The notes below the pieces were generated by a model. It had not been told where the DNA came from. It ran no database searches and was given only the letters and a program-made list of their open reading frames with translations. This document shows, one piece after another, positions 1 through 9,927 of a stretch of DNA of 64,000 nucleotides (its first letter is position 1; each line of letters opens with the position of its first letter). Source of the DNA: an uncultured delta proteobacterium (GTDB lineage Bacteria > Myxococcota_A > UBA9160 > UBA4427). A program made the translations under genes and the position numbers. Location of the stretch: positions 192,001-256,000 of the forward strand of contig CAWGJT010000014.1 in NCBI GenBank assembly GCA_963822965.1, in the 5' to 3' direction.

Positions 1-819
1 GCCGCGCAGCGGCACCGCCGCGACCCGCCGCGGTGCGCCGACGCGATGCGCCGCCGAGCCCAGGCGAGCGGACAACGCCCAGTAGCCGAAGTGCTCGAGC
101 AGCGGCTCGATCGAACGTCGTCTCACGTAGGTCTCGAGGAACACGTCGGCGCTTCGCGGGTCCAGGGACCAGCGGTAGAGGGTTCGGGCCAGGTCTGCGT
201 CGCAGGCGTCCACCGCCAGCGCCTCGTTGTCCACGACCCGGACGTGCCCCTCGGCGTCCACGACGAGATTCTCGGCGCACAGGTCGCCGTGCACGAACCC
301 CACCCGCCACCGGGCCGGCAGGTGGCTCTTCAGCACCCCGCGCAGGGCGTCCGCCCGGCCGGCGTCGAGGGCGCCGGCCCGGACGAGCCGTTCCAGGTGC
401 CGGGCGGTCCGTGCGGTCTGTCGCTCCAGCGGATCGTCTGGAGCGAACGGGCAGCGGGCCGGCAGGGGCGTCTCGTGAAGGGTGGCGAGGAAGTCGGCGC
501 CCGCCCGCACGACGCCGGACTCGTTCGGCCCGGCCGGGCTTCCCTCGACCCATTCGAGCAGCATCACGTCCTGCCGTTGCGCGACCAGCCGGGGAAAGGC
601 CGGGTGGGGAGCGTGGCGGAGCACGTATCGGACGCGCGCGGCGGTGGAGGCGTCCCGCAGCTCGCGGCCCTTCAGCACCCGTCCGTCGGCGAAGTCGAGC
701 CGGTAGGCGGCCGCTCGGTGTCGGGGGGCCGCGAGGCTCGAGATCTTCCGGGTGCGGCAGAGCGGTCCGCCGTGCTCCACGGCGAGCGCTCGTAGCCCTG
801 CACCCGGGGACTCGCGCAT
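1..819 (-). CDS. Aminoglycoside phosphotransferase (APH)/choline kinase-like protein, 3' end runs off the window
   Basis: Manual translation of the minus strand from ATG at 819 (not in the ORF track): MRESPG...MLLEWVEG...FLATLH...GFVHGDLCAENLVV...VVDNE. HGDLxxxN catalytic loop and a downstream D. Open to position 1. Confidence 0.8.
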   Translation of the reverse strand, partial: MRESPGAGLRALAVEHGGPLCRTRKISSLAAPRHRAAAYRLDFADGRVLKGRELRDASTAARVRYVLRHAPHPAFPRLVAQRQDVMLLEWVEGSPAGPNESGVVRAGADFLATLHETPLPARCPFAPDDPLERQTARTARHLERLVRAGALDAGRADALRGVLKSHLPARWRVGFVHGDLCAENLVVDAEGHVRVVDNEALAVDACDADLARTLYRWSLDPRSADVFLETYVRRRSIEPLLEHFGYWALSARLGSAAHRVGAPRRVAAVPLRG

Positions 820-935
820 GGCTTCGTGCCCCAAACGGAACCTCCCGCGAGCTCAGGACCCGTGTCGGCGCTTCGATCCTACATTGTCGCGCGGGACTGT
901 GTTACCCCGATGGACGGCCGCACGGAGGCGCCGCG

Positions 936-2096
936 ATGGATCCGCGTCCGCACATCCGCCTCGTTCGCGCGCTCGCCGACGGCGAGGACGCCTTCCTGCG
1001 GCAGCTCGACCGCGGCGCGCCCCTCGAGGCCGCGGCCTTCGAGGGCTTCCTGCGCCGGGAGAAGCTGCTCCCCTGGGTCGCGCCCGTCGGCTCCAGCGAG
1101 CGGGTGCGGGGGTGGCTGCCGGAAGCCCTCGCCGAGTCGCTTCGAGAGGCGGGTCGGACGAGCGGCGAGCGGGTGTCGGGTCTCGTCGCCCTGTGCCGGG
1201 AGGCCACCGCCGCGCTGGCAGAGGCCGGAGTCGACGCCCTGGTCTACAAGGGGCTGGTCCACGGCGCCTGCCTCTACGGGGACCCCCGCCTCCGTCACCA
1301 GGGCGACGTCGACCTGATGGTGCGTCGCGGCCAGGTGGAGGTCGCGGTCGAGGCCCTCGGCTCCGTCGGGTACGACGTTCGTGTGGACGGCAGCTCGGGA
1401 GAGCCGATGCCGGAACGCGTCTCTCGCATGCTGCGCAAGCCGCTGCTCCGCAAGGGAGTCGACGCGTGCACCCTGCGTCGGGGGCCACGGGAGAAGGTCG
1501 ACCTGCACTGGTGCCTCCGCATGCGCTATCTGCCCCACGTGGGTGTGCGCCGGCTTTCGGACGGCCGCCGGACCGTGGACGTCGGGGGCCTCGCGGTCGA
1601 GACCTTCTCCGAGGAGGACACGCTCCTCGTCCTGGTGCTCATGATCGCCGAGAAGCTGCGGCGCGCGGTGCTCCAGCAGAAGCTCTTCCTCGATCTGCTG
1701 CTCGCGGGTCGTGCCCTGGGCCCCGCCTTCGACTGGGAGGCCTTCCTGTGCGATCGACGGGGCGAGGGTCTCGAGCGGCTCACGACCAACGTGCTCGCGA
1801 TCTTCCTGGAGCTCTGGGAGTGCGGCGAAGAGCTGCCCGGGCTGGCGGCGGCGGTCGGCCGGCGCCGGGCGCTGCTCGAGGTGGCGGACCGCGAAGAGGT
1901 GGACGCGCTGGTGGCGCGCGACCGGAAGCACCGCCGCAACCGCGTCTGGTACGACCGGGCCCACGCGCCGCGCGCGCCGGGGGGGCTCTGGTTCCGTCTG
2001 GGCCCGGACCTTCCCCACACCCTCGCCCGCCGCGCGGGCCGGCGGCTCTCGACCCTGCGCTTCGGCGCCGGGGAAGCCGCTGCGCCGCGCCCGTGA
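936..2096 (+). CDS. Nucleotidyltransferase family protein (NTP_transf_5-like)
   Basis: GGAGG before ATG 936. Motifs LVYKG...LYGDPRLRHQGDVDLMV and VDLHW are typical of this family. Confidence 0.8.
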   Translation: MDPRPHIRLVRALADGEDAFLRQLDRGAPLEAAAFEGFLRREKLLPWVAPVGSSERVRGWLPEALAESLREAGRTSGERVSGLVALCREATAALAEAGVDALVYKGLVHGACLYGDPRLRHQGDVDLMVRRGQVEVAVEALGSVGYDVRVDGSSGEPMPERVSRMLRKPLLRKGVDACTLRRGPREKVDLHWCLRMRYLPHVGVRRLSDGRRTVDVGGLAVETFSEEDTLLVLVLMIAEKLRRAVLQQKLFLDLLLAGRALGPAFDWEAFLCDRRGEGLERLTTNVLAIFLELWECGEELPGLAAAVGRRRALLEVADREEVDALVARDRKHRRNRVWYDRAHAPRAPGGLWFRLGPDLPHTLARRAGRRLSTLRFGAGEAAAPRP

Positions 2097-2109
2097 AGAA
2101 GCCGTCCCC

Positions 2110-2949
2110 ATGCTGCCCAACCTGGTGGTGATCGGCGCCATGAAGTGCGCCACCACGAGCCTGCACCACTACCTGGATCTGCACCCCGAGATCTCCATGG
2201 CACGGCAGCGCGGGCTCAACGGGTTCCTCGCCGAGAACGCGTCCCGTGGCATGGCGTGGTACGGCTCCCACTTCGAAGGGCCCGGCCGCATCCGGGGCGA
2301 CACGTCGCCGCGCTACACGAATGCCCCCCTCAACCCCGGGGTCGCGGCGCGCATGCACGCGGTGATCCCCGAAGCCAGGCTCGTATACCTGGTGCGGGAC
2401 CCGGTCGAGCGCATGCTCTCGCACTACACCCACTACGTGGCGGCGGGCTACGAGGCGCGGGATGCGGACCGGGCGCTGCTCGACCTCGGGGACGGCCCCG
2501 AGCGGAATCCCTACCTGTGCCGCAGCCTCTACTGGATGCAGCTCGAGCACTACCTGGCCCTCTACCCGCCGTCTCGGATCCACGTGCTCTACTACGAGGG
2601 CCTGCGCGACCGCCGTCGCGAGACCCTGCGCGACCTGTTTCGATTCCTGGAAGTCGACGAGGGCTTCGAGGCGCCGGGCTTCGGGCGCGTCCACCACGAG
2701 ACCCGGGACAAGCGACGGCTCACCCCGGTGGGCCGCGGCGTGCAGCGCATGCTGGCCCCGGCCCTGGCGCGCCTGTCCCAGGACGACCGCGAGCGGGCCC
2801 GCTCTCTGCTCACGCGACCGTTCTCGCGGCGGGTCGAGCGCCCCGTCCTGGAGGCGAACGTGGAGGCCCGGCTGCGTCGCCTGGTGCAGGAAGACAGCCG
2901 CAGGCTCCAGGACTTCGTCGGCCGCCCCGCGCCGGGCTGGAAGATCTAG
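2110..2949 (+). CDS. Sulfotransferase
   Basis: PAPS 5'-phosphate loop IGAMKCATTSLHHYLDLHP and 3'-phosphate motif LVRDPVERMLSHY. Confidence 0.9.
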   Translation: MLPNLVVIGAMKCATTSLHHYLDLHPEISMARQRGLNGFLAENASRGMAWYGSHFEGPGRIRGDTSPRYTNAPLNPGVAARMHAVIPEARLVYLVRDPVERMLSHYTHYVAAGYEARDADRALLDLGDGPERNPYLCRSLYWMQLEHYLALYPPSRIHVLYYEGLRDRRRETLRDLFRFLEVDEGFEAPGFGRVHHETRDKRRLTPVGRGVQRMLAPALARLSQDDRERARSLLTRPFSRRVERPVLEANVEARLRRLVQEDSRRLQDFVGRPAPGWKI

Positions 2950-3014
2950 CTGGCGGACGAATCCGCAGGATTCGTTTGCGGCGCAAGCCGACCCATCCGG
3001 GGTCAGGCTCCTAG
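2946..3014. repeat. CTAG-bounded ~70 bp REP/MITE-like element, copy 1
   Basis: CTAGCTGGCGGACGAATCCGCAGGATTCGTTTGCGGCG...GGGTCAGGCTCCTAG. Internal hairpin CGAATCC-GCA-GGATTCG. Homologous to the reverse complement of 49867..49940. Confidence 0.75.
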
Positions 3015-3196
3015 CCCCAATGCGTCATTCAGCGCGCTTCTCGCGTGCCGCAGGCCCTGCCAGCCCTTGCGGATCCTGCGAGAACGGCGCAAGCAGCCTG
3101 AGCGCGACAACCTCATTCCCATGAGATCCTGGCGTCGGGCTCGGATCGCGGCACGGACCGAGAAGATCCGGCGATTCGGGTGGCATTGGGAGTCGC

Positions 3197-3223
3197 GCCC
3201 TGATCCGTATGACGGATCAGGGC
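3197..3223. terminator. Perfect 12-bp hairpin between convergent genes (possible terminator, no U-tract)
   Basis: GCCCTGATCCGT-ATG-ACGGATCAGGGC directly adjoining the GT4 stop codon. Confidence 0.45.
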
Positions 3224-4461
3224 TAGTCGCCCGCAACGCCCGCGAACGCCGCGCGAAGCGCGGCCGACATCGCGGAGGCCGCGTGGTCCGTGGTCCAGCG
3301 AAGGGCTTCGTCGCGCGACCGGCGGCCGATGCGCTCCCGACCCGGCGGGTCGTGCGCCAGGGCGACGAGCTTTGCGGCGAGATCGGCGGGGTCGCCCATG
3401 CGGAAGAGGACGCCGGTCTCCCCGTCGACGATCGCCTCGCGGGCCGCCGGGATGTCGCTCGCGACGACCACGCGACCGCAGGCCCGGGCCTCGCCGAACA
3501 CCAGCGGCAAGCCTTCGTGCTCCGAGGCGAGCACCACCAGGTCGGCGAGCCGCATCACGTCGGGCATTCGGGCATGATCGACCTCGCCGGCGAAGCGAAA
3601 GCGCGCCGCCACGCCGTGGCGTCGCGCGCTTTCGGCGACCGCATCCCGCCCCGGGCCGCCTCCCACCACCAGGTGCACCAGGTGCGGAGCCTCCTTCGCC
3701 GCCAGCACGGCCGCGCGAACCACGTCCTCGGGTCGCTTGGAGGGCTTGAGGCCCGAGACCTGGGCGGCGACGACGTGACCTTCGCCCAGGCCGAAGCGGC
3801 GGAGGGCCTGCGGCTCCTTCGGACCCGGCCGGAAACGCGCCGTGTCGGCGCCGTTCGGGATGGCGATCACCTGCCGGGCGCCGAGCGCCCGCACGCGCGC
3901 CGCCAGGTGGTGCGCGACGGCGACCACCCGATCCGCCCCGCGCAGCGCGTCCACGACGGCCTCGCGCGCCTCGGCGGGATGGTCGTGGCGCTCCAGGGCG
4001 TCCAGGGCGGGGCCGTGTGCGATCACGACGTACGGCAGCCCCTCGCGCCCGCACAGCTCCCGCAGCACCGGCGCCAGCACCTCGCGGCCGATCACCACTC
4101 CGTCCGGGCGGCGCCGGGCGACGGCCCGGGCGAGCAGCGGCGCGAGCTCGCGGCGCGCGGCCTCGCGCCAGCCGCGCTCGGCGGGTCGCCGGCCCGAGTG
4201 GTAGCGGAACGCGAAGGCTTCGACCTCGAGCCCCGGTGTGTCGCAGGCCGGGAGCGACCGTGTCTCGCCCGGCTCCGGCTCCGGCGCCTCGGCGATCACG
4301 CGCACGCGATGGCCCCGGGCGGCGAGTCGGGGCAGCAGGTCGGCGTAGAAGATCGACACGCCCGTCTGGCGCGCCCAGCGCGCTCCGGACCGGTACGGCA
4401 GGGGCGCGAAGACGAGCAGGTCGAGCCCGGGTCCGCCGTCCGGATCCGGTCGGGGACGCAC
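3223..4461 (-). CDS. Glycosyltransferase family 4 (GT-B)
   Basis: C-terminal part of ORF 3223..7116: IPNGAD, KPSKR, ADLVVLASEHEGLPLVFGEARACG, IVDGETGVLF. GTG start is approximate. Confidence 0.85.
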   Translation of the reverse strand: MRPRPDPDGGPGLDLLVFAPLPYRSGARWARQTGVSIFYADLLPRLAARGHRVRVIAEAPEPEPGETRSLPACDTPGLEVEAFAFRYHSGRRPAERGWREAARRELAPLLARAVARRRPDGVVIGREVLAPVLRELCGREGLPYVVIAHGPALDALERHDHPAEAREAVVDALRGADRVVAVAHHLAARVRALGARQVIAIPNGADTARFRPGPKEPQALRRFGLGEGHVVAAQVSGLKPSKRPEDVVRAAVLAAKEAPHLVHLVVGGGPGRDAVAESARRHGVAARFRFAGEVDHARMPDVMRLADLVVLASEHEGLPLVFGEARACGRVVVASDIPAAREAIVDGETGVLFRMGDPADLAAKLVALAHDPPGRERIGRRSRDEALRWTTDHAASAMSAALRAAFAGVAGD

Positions 4462-4472
4462 CGGGGCCGCGC

Positions 4473-5225
4473 TCAGATCTCGATCGGGATGGGCCACGGC
4501 TCGATCTTCCCGGCCTCGATCTCCGCGAGGCGCAGGGCGGACAGCGGCCGTCCGAACATCTCGTTGCGCATCCGGAGCCGCTGCCCGCAGATCGCCACCG
4601 CGATGCGCCCGCACCGCTCCCAGTCGTCCGGGCTCCGGGCGTGCCGCGCGATGCGGTGGATCTGCATGGGGCCGTGGATCACCTCGTCGCGGTGGATCTC
4701 GCGGAAGGCGGCGGCGATGGCGCGATCGAAGTCGCTGCCCGAGAGGCTCGCGAGCACGGTGTACATGGATCCGCCTCCGCCTTCGGTGAACGTGACCGCC
4801 GCGCGTTCGAGCTCGTCGCCGGGACGGCGGAAGTCGGCGCGCAGGGCCTGCAGCCTGCGGTCCTCTTCCAGGCCGTGCAGCTCGTCCGGGACCAACTCCC
4901 GACCGGTGAGCCGGTGGATGAGGGCGGCCAGCAGCCCGAAGTGCTTCATCTCCTCGGCCAGGATCTCGGCCGCGCGCTCGCCGTCCGGGTGGACGGCGAT
5001 GCGGCCCGTCTTCCAGTACTCCTGTTGCAGCGGGGCAGGCAGGTCGCGCAGGTGGCGCGTCTCCTTGAAGGCCTGGGCGCGCAGCCAGAAGAGATCGCTC
5101 TCCCGGGAGCGGCCGCGGCCCTCGAAGTAGCCGCGCGTGATCTCGGCCTCGCCCGCCCATAGGGGCGCGACGGCGTCGGCCAGGGCCTGCATGCGGCGGC
5201 GGGTCTCTCCTTCGGGGGGCTCCAC
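4473..5225 (-). CDS. Ferritin-like (putative diiron) protein
   Basis: Helical 250-aa protein with spaced E/ExxH motifs: FKETRH, AEEMKHF, FTEGG, RDEVIHG. Confidence 0.65.
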   Translation of the reverse strand: MEPPEGETRRRMQALADAVAPLWAGEAEITRGYFEGRGRSRESDLFWLRAQAFKETRHLRDLPAPLQQEYWKTGRIAVHPDGERAAEILAEEMKHFGLLAALIHRLTGRELVPDELHGLEEDRRLQALRADFRRPGDELERAAVTFTEGGGGSMYTVLASLSGSDFDRAIAAAFREIHRDEVIHGPMQIHRIARHARSPDDWERCGRIAVAICGQRLRMRNEMFGRPLSALRLAEIEAGKIEPWPIPIEI

Positions 5226-5255
5226 GGCAGCTCCTCGCGGTTCGATGGGTGCGCG

Positions 5256-6164
5256 TCAGCGGATGGACGCCAGGCCGGCGCGGTAGTCCCGCAGCCGCCG
5301 GCGGTGGCGATGATAACGCCGCAGCAGCCGCGCGTTCATCAGCGCCGCGGCGAGGAACGCGCCCGGGTGGGTTGCCACGAAGCGCAGGTCGGCGGGAGGT
5401 CGCCGCCGCGGGCCGCGGCCCGCGCGGTCCCGCAGGATCGCCAGGGTGCGGATCTGCTCGCGCTTGTCGCCCCGGGGCTTGTGGCTCTCGGGGTTGTCGC
5501 GGTTGTAGACGCACAGCACGCGGTCGACGAACCGCCGCCGGCGGGTCTGCGCGAGGACGGGCCAGGCGATGGCGGCGTCGCATCCCGCGCGGAACCAGCG
5601 CCCCTCGTCGTCCTGGAGATCGTCTGCGCGCACGGCGTCGAAGAGCCGGCGGCGGAAGCTGAAGAGGTGCTGGGTCACGAAGGGCTGGCGGTCGGGCGGC
5701 AGCAGGGGCGAGAGGTGGTCCGACTTGCCCGGGGTGCCGTCGCTGCCCCGCCAGTTGCTCCACACGACGTCGAAACCACGCCGGTACTCTCGATCGAGGG
5801 TCTCCAGCGCCCGCGGATCGGCGAGGCGGTCGTCCGCGTCGAGCAGGACGACGATCTCGGCTTCGGTGTTCTCGCCGCTCTTCAGCACGCGGAAGACGTT
5901 GTGCGCCTTGTGGCTCCGCTCCGGGCTCGTCATCACCCGGACGCGTTCGTGAAGGCCCCGCTCGCGGATCTCCCGGTCGAGCGCGGCCCGCGAGCCGTCC
6001 TGGGAGGCGTCGTCCACGATCACGGCGCGCCACGCATAGAGGGTCTGGGCCTGCAGCGAGGCCAGCAACGGGGCCACGAACGGCTCGACGTTGCGGCCGG
6101 TGACCACGAAGAGGAATCGGGGGGGTGCACCCGGCTGCCGGACCGGGCTCGCTGCAGGGGGCAT
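5256..6164 (-). CDS. Glycosyltransferase family 2 (GT-A)
   Basis: SLQAQT...VIVDDASQDGS and DxD motif LLDADD. Confidence 0.88.
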   Translation of the reverse strand: MPPAASPVRQPGAPPRFLFVVTGRNVEPFVAPLLASLQAQTLYAWRAVIVDDASQDGSRAALDREIRERGLHERVRVMTSPERSHKAHNVFRVLKSGENTEAEIVVLLDADDRLADPRALETLDREYRRGFDVVWSNWRGSDGTPGKSDHLSPLLPPDRQPFVTQHLFSFRRRLFDAVRADDLQDDEGRWFRAGCDAAIAWPVLAQTRRRRFVDRVLCVYNRDNPESHKPRGDKREQIRTLAILRDRAGRGPRRRPPADLRFVATHPGAFLAAALMNARLLRRYHRHRRRLRDYRAGLASIR

Positions 6165-6182
6165 CGAGGAATCTCCCGCGCG

Positions 6183-7243
6183 TCACCCGCCCGCGAAGGC
6201 GGGAACCACCTCGCGGTCCAGCAGGGCCAGCGACTCGGCGGCGATCGACGGGTCGGCGCCGGCGGTGGGCCCGACGAGGATCGCCTTCTCGATCCCGAGC
6301 CCCTCGATCTCGCGCAGGCGCTCGATGCACGCGTCCGGTGGACCGACGATCGCGAAGCGGTCCACGAACCCGGGCTGCATCCGCTCCGCCTGGCGGGAGT
6401 CCACCCGGGTGTGCTGCTTCATGTCGTAGTGCTCGTTCAGCCCCTCGAGCACCTGTCGCTGGCCTTCGTCGACGGGTCCCGAGATGGCCCCGTGCATCAC
6501 GTTGAAGCGGGCGAAGGTGGTGAGGCCGCCGCGCACCAGGCTCCTTGCCTTCTCCAGGTCCGGATGGCAGGCGAGGTTCAGGTAGACGCCGCAGCGCGGC
6601 CGAGCCTCCGGGGCGGCGGCCACGGCCTGCTCGATCCCCCAGCGGATCCGCTCCGGCGCGGCGCCCACGGTGAGCAGCACGCGCTCGGCGTGACGGGCCC
6701 CGATGGCGATCACCTTCGGCCCGGTCGCCGCCACCTCCACCGGCACCTTGTCGTGGGGTCTTCCGAGCCAGACGAGCCGGCTGGCGGCGGGCGCGTCCGC
6801 CAGCTGCAGGGAGGCGATGGGCGGCGCGGCCTGCTCGGAGAAGTCGAGCTCGTCGAAGGGAATCGCCTCGCCCCGCAGATAGCGCTGCAGGGCCACCACG
6901 TAGCGCTCGAACTGGTGCACGCCGGCGGGTGCCCGCCCCAGGTGGGCGAGCGCCGAGTCGCCGCGCCCGATGGCCAGCTCGACGCGTCCGTTCGTGCAGC
7001 GCTGCAGGGCCGCCGCGGCGGAGGCCGTCACCGCCGGGTGGCGGGTGATCGAGTTCGTGACCCCGGTGCCGAGCTTCAGGCGCTGAGCTGGCCGTCGCCG
7101 CCAGGGTGAGCGCCACGTACGAGTCGCCCGGCGAGACACTGGGAGTCGACGACGCACAGCCCGACCCAGCCCGCGCGCTCCGCCCGCTCGGCGCGCTTCT
7201 GCATGCCGTCGGGAGACGAGTGGGTGAGGGTCCACAGCTCCAT
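6183..7243 (-). CDS. LLM-class flavin/F420-dependent oxidoreductase (frameshifted near 7085-7130)
   Basis: Joined frames: MELWTLTHSSPDG...VVDSQCL / DSYVALTLAA / RLKLGTGVTNSITRHPAVTASA...LAIGRGDSAL...VAATGPK. Confidence 0.8.
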
Positions 7244-7276
7244 CCGTCAGGGCTAGCCTCGATCCGTCCCTCGCAT

Positions 7277-8488
7277 CTAGACCCCGAAGTCCCAGGACTG
7301 TCCGCTCGCGTAGTGCTTCAGCACGTTCTTCGCGATCAGGATGCGGTGCACCTCGTCGGGTCCGTCCGCCAGCCGCAGGGTGCGCGCGCCCCGGTACATG
7401 GCCTCGAGCGGCGTGTCCGCGGAGACGCCCAGCGCCCCGTGCACCTGGATGGCGCGGTCCACCACCCGGGTCATGGCGGCCGGCACGAACACCTTGATGG
7501 CGGAGATGTCGGTGCGCGCGTCGAGCCCGGCCTCCATCACCTCCGCGCAGCGGATGGTCATGAGCCGCGACGCCTGGATGTCCATGTACGAGTCGGCGAT
7601 GAAGCCCTGGATGAACTGCTTCTCGGAGAGCAGGCCACCGTGGACCTTCCGCTCCATGGCGCGCCGCACCATCATGTCGAAGGCGCGCCACATCTGGCCC
7701 ACGCAGTTCATGCAGTGGTAGACGCGCCCGGCGCCGAGACGGTCCTGGGCCGCCGCGTGCCCGGAGCCCGCCTTCCCCAGCGCGTTCTCGAGGGGCACGC
7801 GTACGTTCTCGAGGATGATCTCCCCGTGGTGGCCGTCCTGGTGGCCCCAGATCGGGACGCTGCGGATGTAGTTGAAGCCGGGGGTATCCGTGGGCACGAT
7901 GATCTGCGTCATGCGGCCGTTCACGTCCTGGTCGCTGGCGTCCTCGGTGCGGCACATGACGATGGCGAAGTCGGCGCGCTTGGCGTTGCTGGCCATCCAC
8001 TTGTGGCCGTTGATCACCCACTCGTTGCCCTCGCGCACGGCGCGCGTCGTCAGGGAGCGCGGATCCGACCCCGCGTTGTCGGGCTCGGTCATCGCGAAGC
8101 ACGACTGCATCTCGCCGCGGGTCAGCGGCTCGAGCCACTTCTTCTTCTGCTCCTCGGTGCCGTACTTGACGAGGATCTTCTGGTTGCCCGAGTTGGGCGC
8201 CATGATGCCGAACACGGCGTTGGAGAACGGGCTCCAGGCGAGGATCTCGTTCATGTAGGCGAGCTTGAGGAAGCCGATCCCCATGCCGCCGTACTCCTCG
8301 GGCAGGTGGGGGGCCCACAGGCCGGTCTGCTTCACCTGCTGCTGGAGGTCGCGCCACAGCTCCGCGCTCTCGGCGCCGAGCCGCAGCAGATGCTCGTTCG
8401 GGATGACCCGCTCGGCGACGATCTTCGCCGTCATCCCGCGAATCTGGTTGGTCTCGTCGTCCAGGGTCGGGATGGGGGCGATCTGCAT
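7277..8488 (-). CDS. Acyl-CoA dehydrogenase
   Basis: CFAMTEPDNAGSD, WVINGHKW, AQDRLGAGR, RAIQVHGALG, LRLADGPDEVH. Confidence 0.95.
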   Translation of the reverse strand: MQIAPIPTLDDETNQIRGMTAKIVAERVIPNEHLLRLGAESAELWRDLQQQVKQTGLWAPHLPEEYGGMGIGFLKLAYMNEILAWSPFSNAVFGIMAPNSGNQKILVKYGTEEQKKKWLEPLTRGEMQSCFAMTEPDNAGSDPRSLTTRAVREGNEWVINGHKWMASNAKRADFAIVMCRTEDASDQDVNGRMTQIIVPTDTPGFNYIRSVPIWGHQDGHHGEIILENVRVPLENALGKAGSGHAAAQDRLGAGRVYHCMNCVGQMWRAFDMMVRRAMERKVHGGLLSEKQFIQGFIADSYMDIQASRLMTIRCAEVMEAGLDARTDISAIKVFVPAAMTRVVDRAIQVHGALGVSADTPLEAMYRGARTLRLADGPDEVHRILIAKNVLKHYASGQSWDFGV

Positions 8489-8619
8489 GGGGGGCTCCTT
8501 TGCGCCGGCCGCCGGCCGGGGACCTTGGTCCTACGACGCTACCCATCCCCGGGCCGCGCCGCGAGCGCCGCGTGAAGGCGGGGCGTGCGGGCGAGGTGGA
8601 GCGCCTGCCGGGCGGCCGC

Positions 8620-9902
8620 TCAGGGCGCGTCCGCAGGCTGCGCGGCCACCGCCTCGCCCTCGTGCTCGGGCGGGTCGCCGAGGATCACCGCCTCGCCCCC
8701 GGTGAGCCCCGAGGAGAGCACCACCCGATCGCCCAGGGTCCGCTCGATCTCCACGGGGACCCGAACGGCGCGACCGTCGCGCGCCAGCCACACGAAGGTG
8801 CGACCGGCTTCGTCGCGCCGCAGGGCGCCGGGCGGCACCACGGTCCGCCCCGCCGTCGCCTCGGGCCCCTCCGGCAGGCGCTCCAGGAAGACGACGCGCA
8901 CGCTCATGTCGGGCAGCAGCTTGTCGTCGGGCGAGACCACCAGCACCTCGACCTCCCGCGTTCCCTTCTGGCGATCGATCTGGGGCGCCAGCTCCACGAC
9001 GCGGCCCTCGTACTCCGCCCCGGGATAGGCGTCCGGAATGATCTCGGCCGGCTGGCCCAGGCTGACCCTCGGCAGGTCCGACTCGTTGACGTCGAGCTCG
9101 GCGCGCAGCTCCGACAGGTTGGCGAGCCGCAGCAGGTCGCCGGAGCCCGAGAAGCCGCCGGGCACGGCGATCTCGCCCGGCTGCTTGTAGGTCTCGAGGA
9201 CCACGCCGTCGGTGGGCGCGCGGATGATCGTGTCGTCGAGATCGGTCTCGGTCCGTTCGAGGGCGGCGGTGAGCTCGCCGACGCGTGCGTGGGCCACGCG
9301 CGCCTCGCTCTTCCGGCGGTCGTACTCGTCCTCGGCCACGACGCCCTGCTCGAGCAGGCGCTCCGCGCGGGCCAGCTCGGATTCGGCGAGCTCGAGCTGC
9401 GCCCGGGCCGAGCGCAGCGAGGCGCGCACCTGGTCGGCCGCTGCGCGCGCGGGCGTCGGGTCGAGCTCGACCATGGGCTGTCCGGCGACGACGCGATCGC
9501 CCTCGTCCACCAGGTAGCGGGCGATGCGCCCGGCCACCCGGGAGCCGACGGCGATGAAGGGCTGGGCGGGGACGAGGTAGCCGGAGCCCGACAGCACGGG
9601 CACGGCCTGTCCCGCCACCTCGGCCAGCGGGACCGCGCGCGTCGTCTCCACCGGGGTCGGGACGCTCGCTGGCGAGCCAGCCGCCGAGCAACCCGGCCAT
9701 CAGCGAGCGCCGCCGCCGCGAGCCAGGGCCAGCGCCGGCGCCTGCTGCTCGCGATGTCGCCCGACCCGTCGCGGGGGAGCCGGAGCCGTTCGAGCTCGTC
9801 CCGGCCGGCGCCGTACTCGCCGTCCGCCGGTGCCAGGGGCCGCCGGTCGTCGGCGCTCGTGCGCGCCTCGTCGTCCCGTGCGTTCCGGCTTCCGTCGCTC
9901 AT
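8620..9902 (-). CDS. Efflux periplasmic adaptor subunit (MacA/HlyD-like), frameshifted near 9655-9705
   Basis: N-terminal TM (WPWLAAAAL), VGSRVAGRI...VDEGDRV, IRAPTDGVV, ELDVNESDL, LLPDMSVRV. Confidence 0.85.
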
Positions 9903-9927
9903 GGGCTCCCCGCGGCGCGCATCCGTC

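Noticed and set aside
3223..7116. Very long ORFs such as 3223..7116 (1297 aa), 14935..18006, 28805..32032, 32672..35803 and 39550..43302
   Set aside because: Arg/Pro/Ala-rich shadow frames expected at high GC. They are antisense or off-frame to recognisable genes, and only sub-segments are real.
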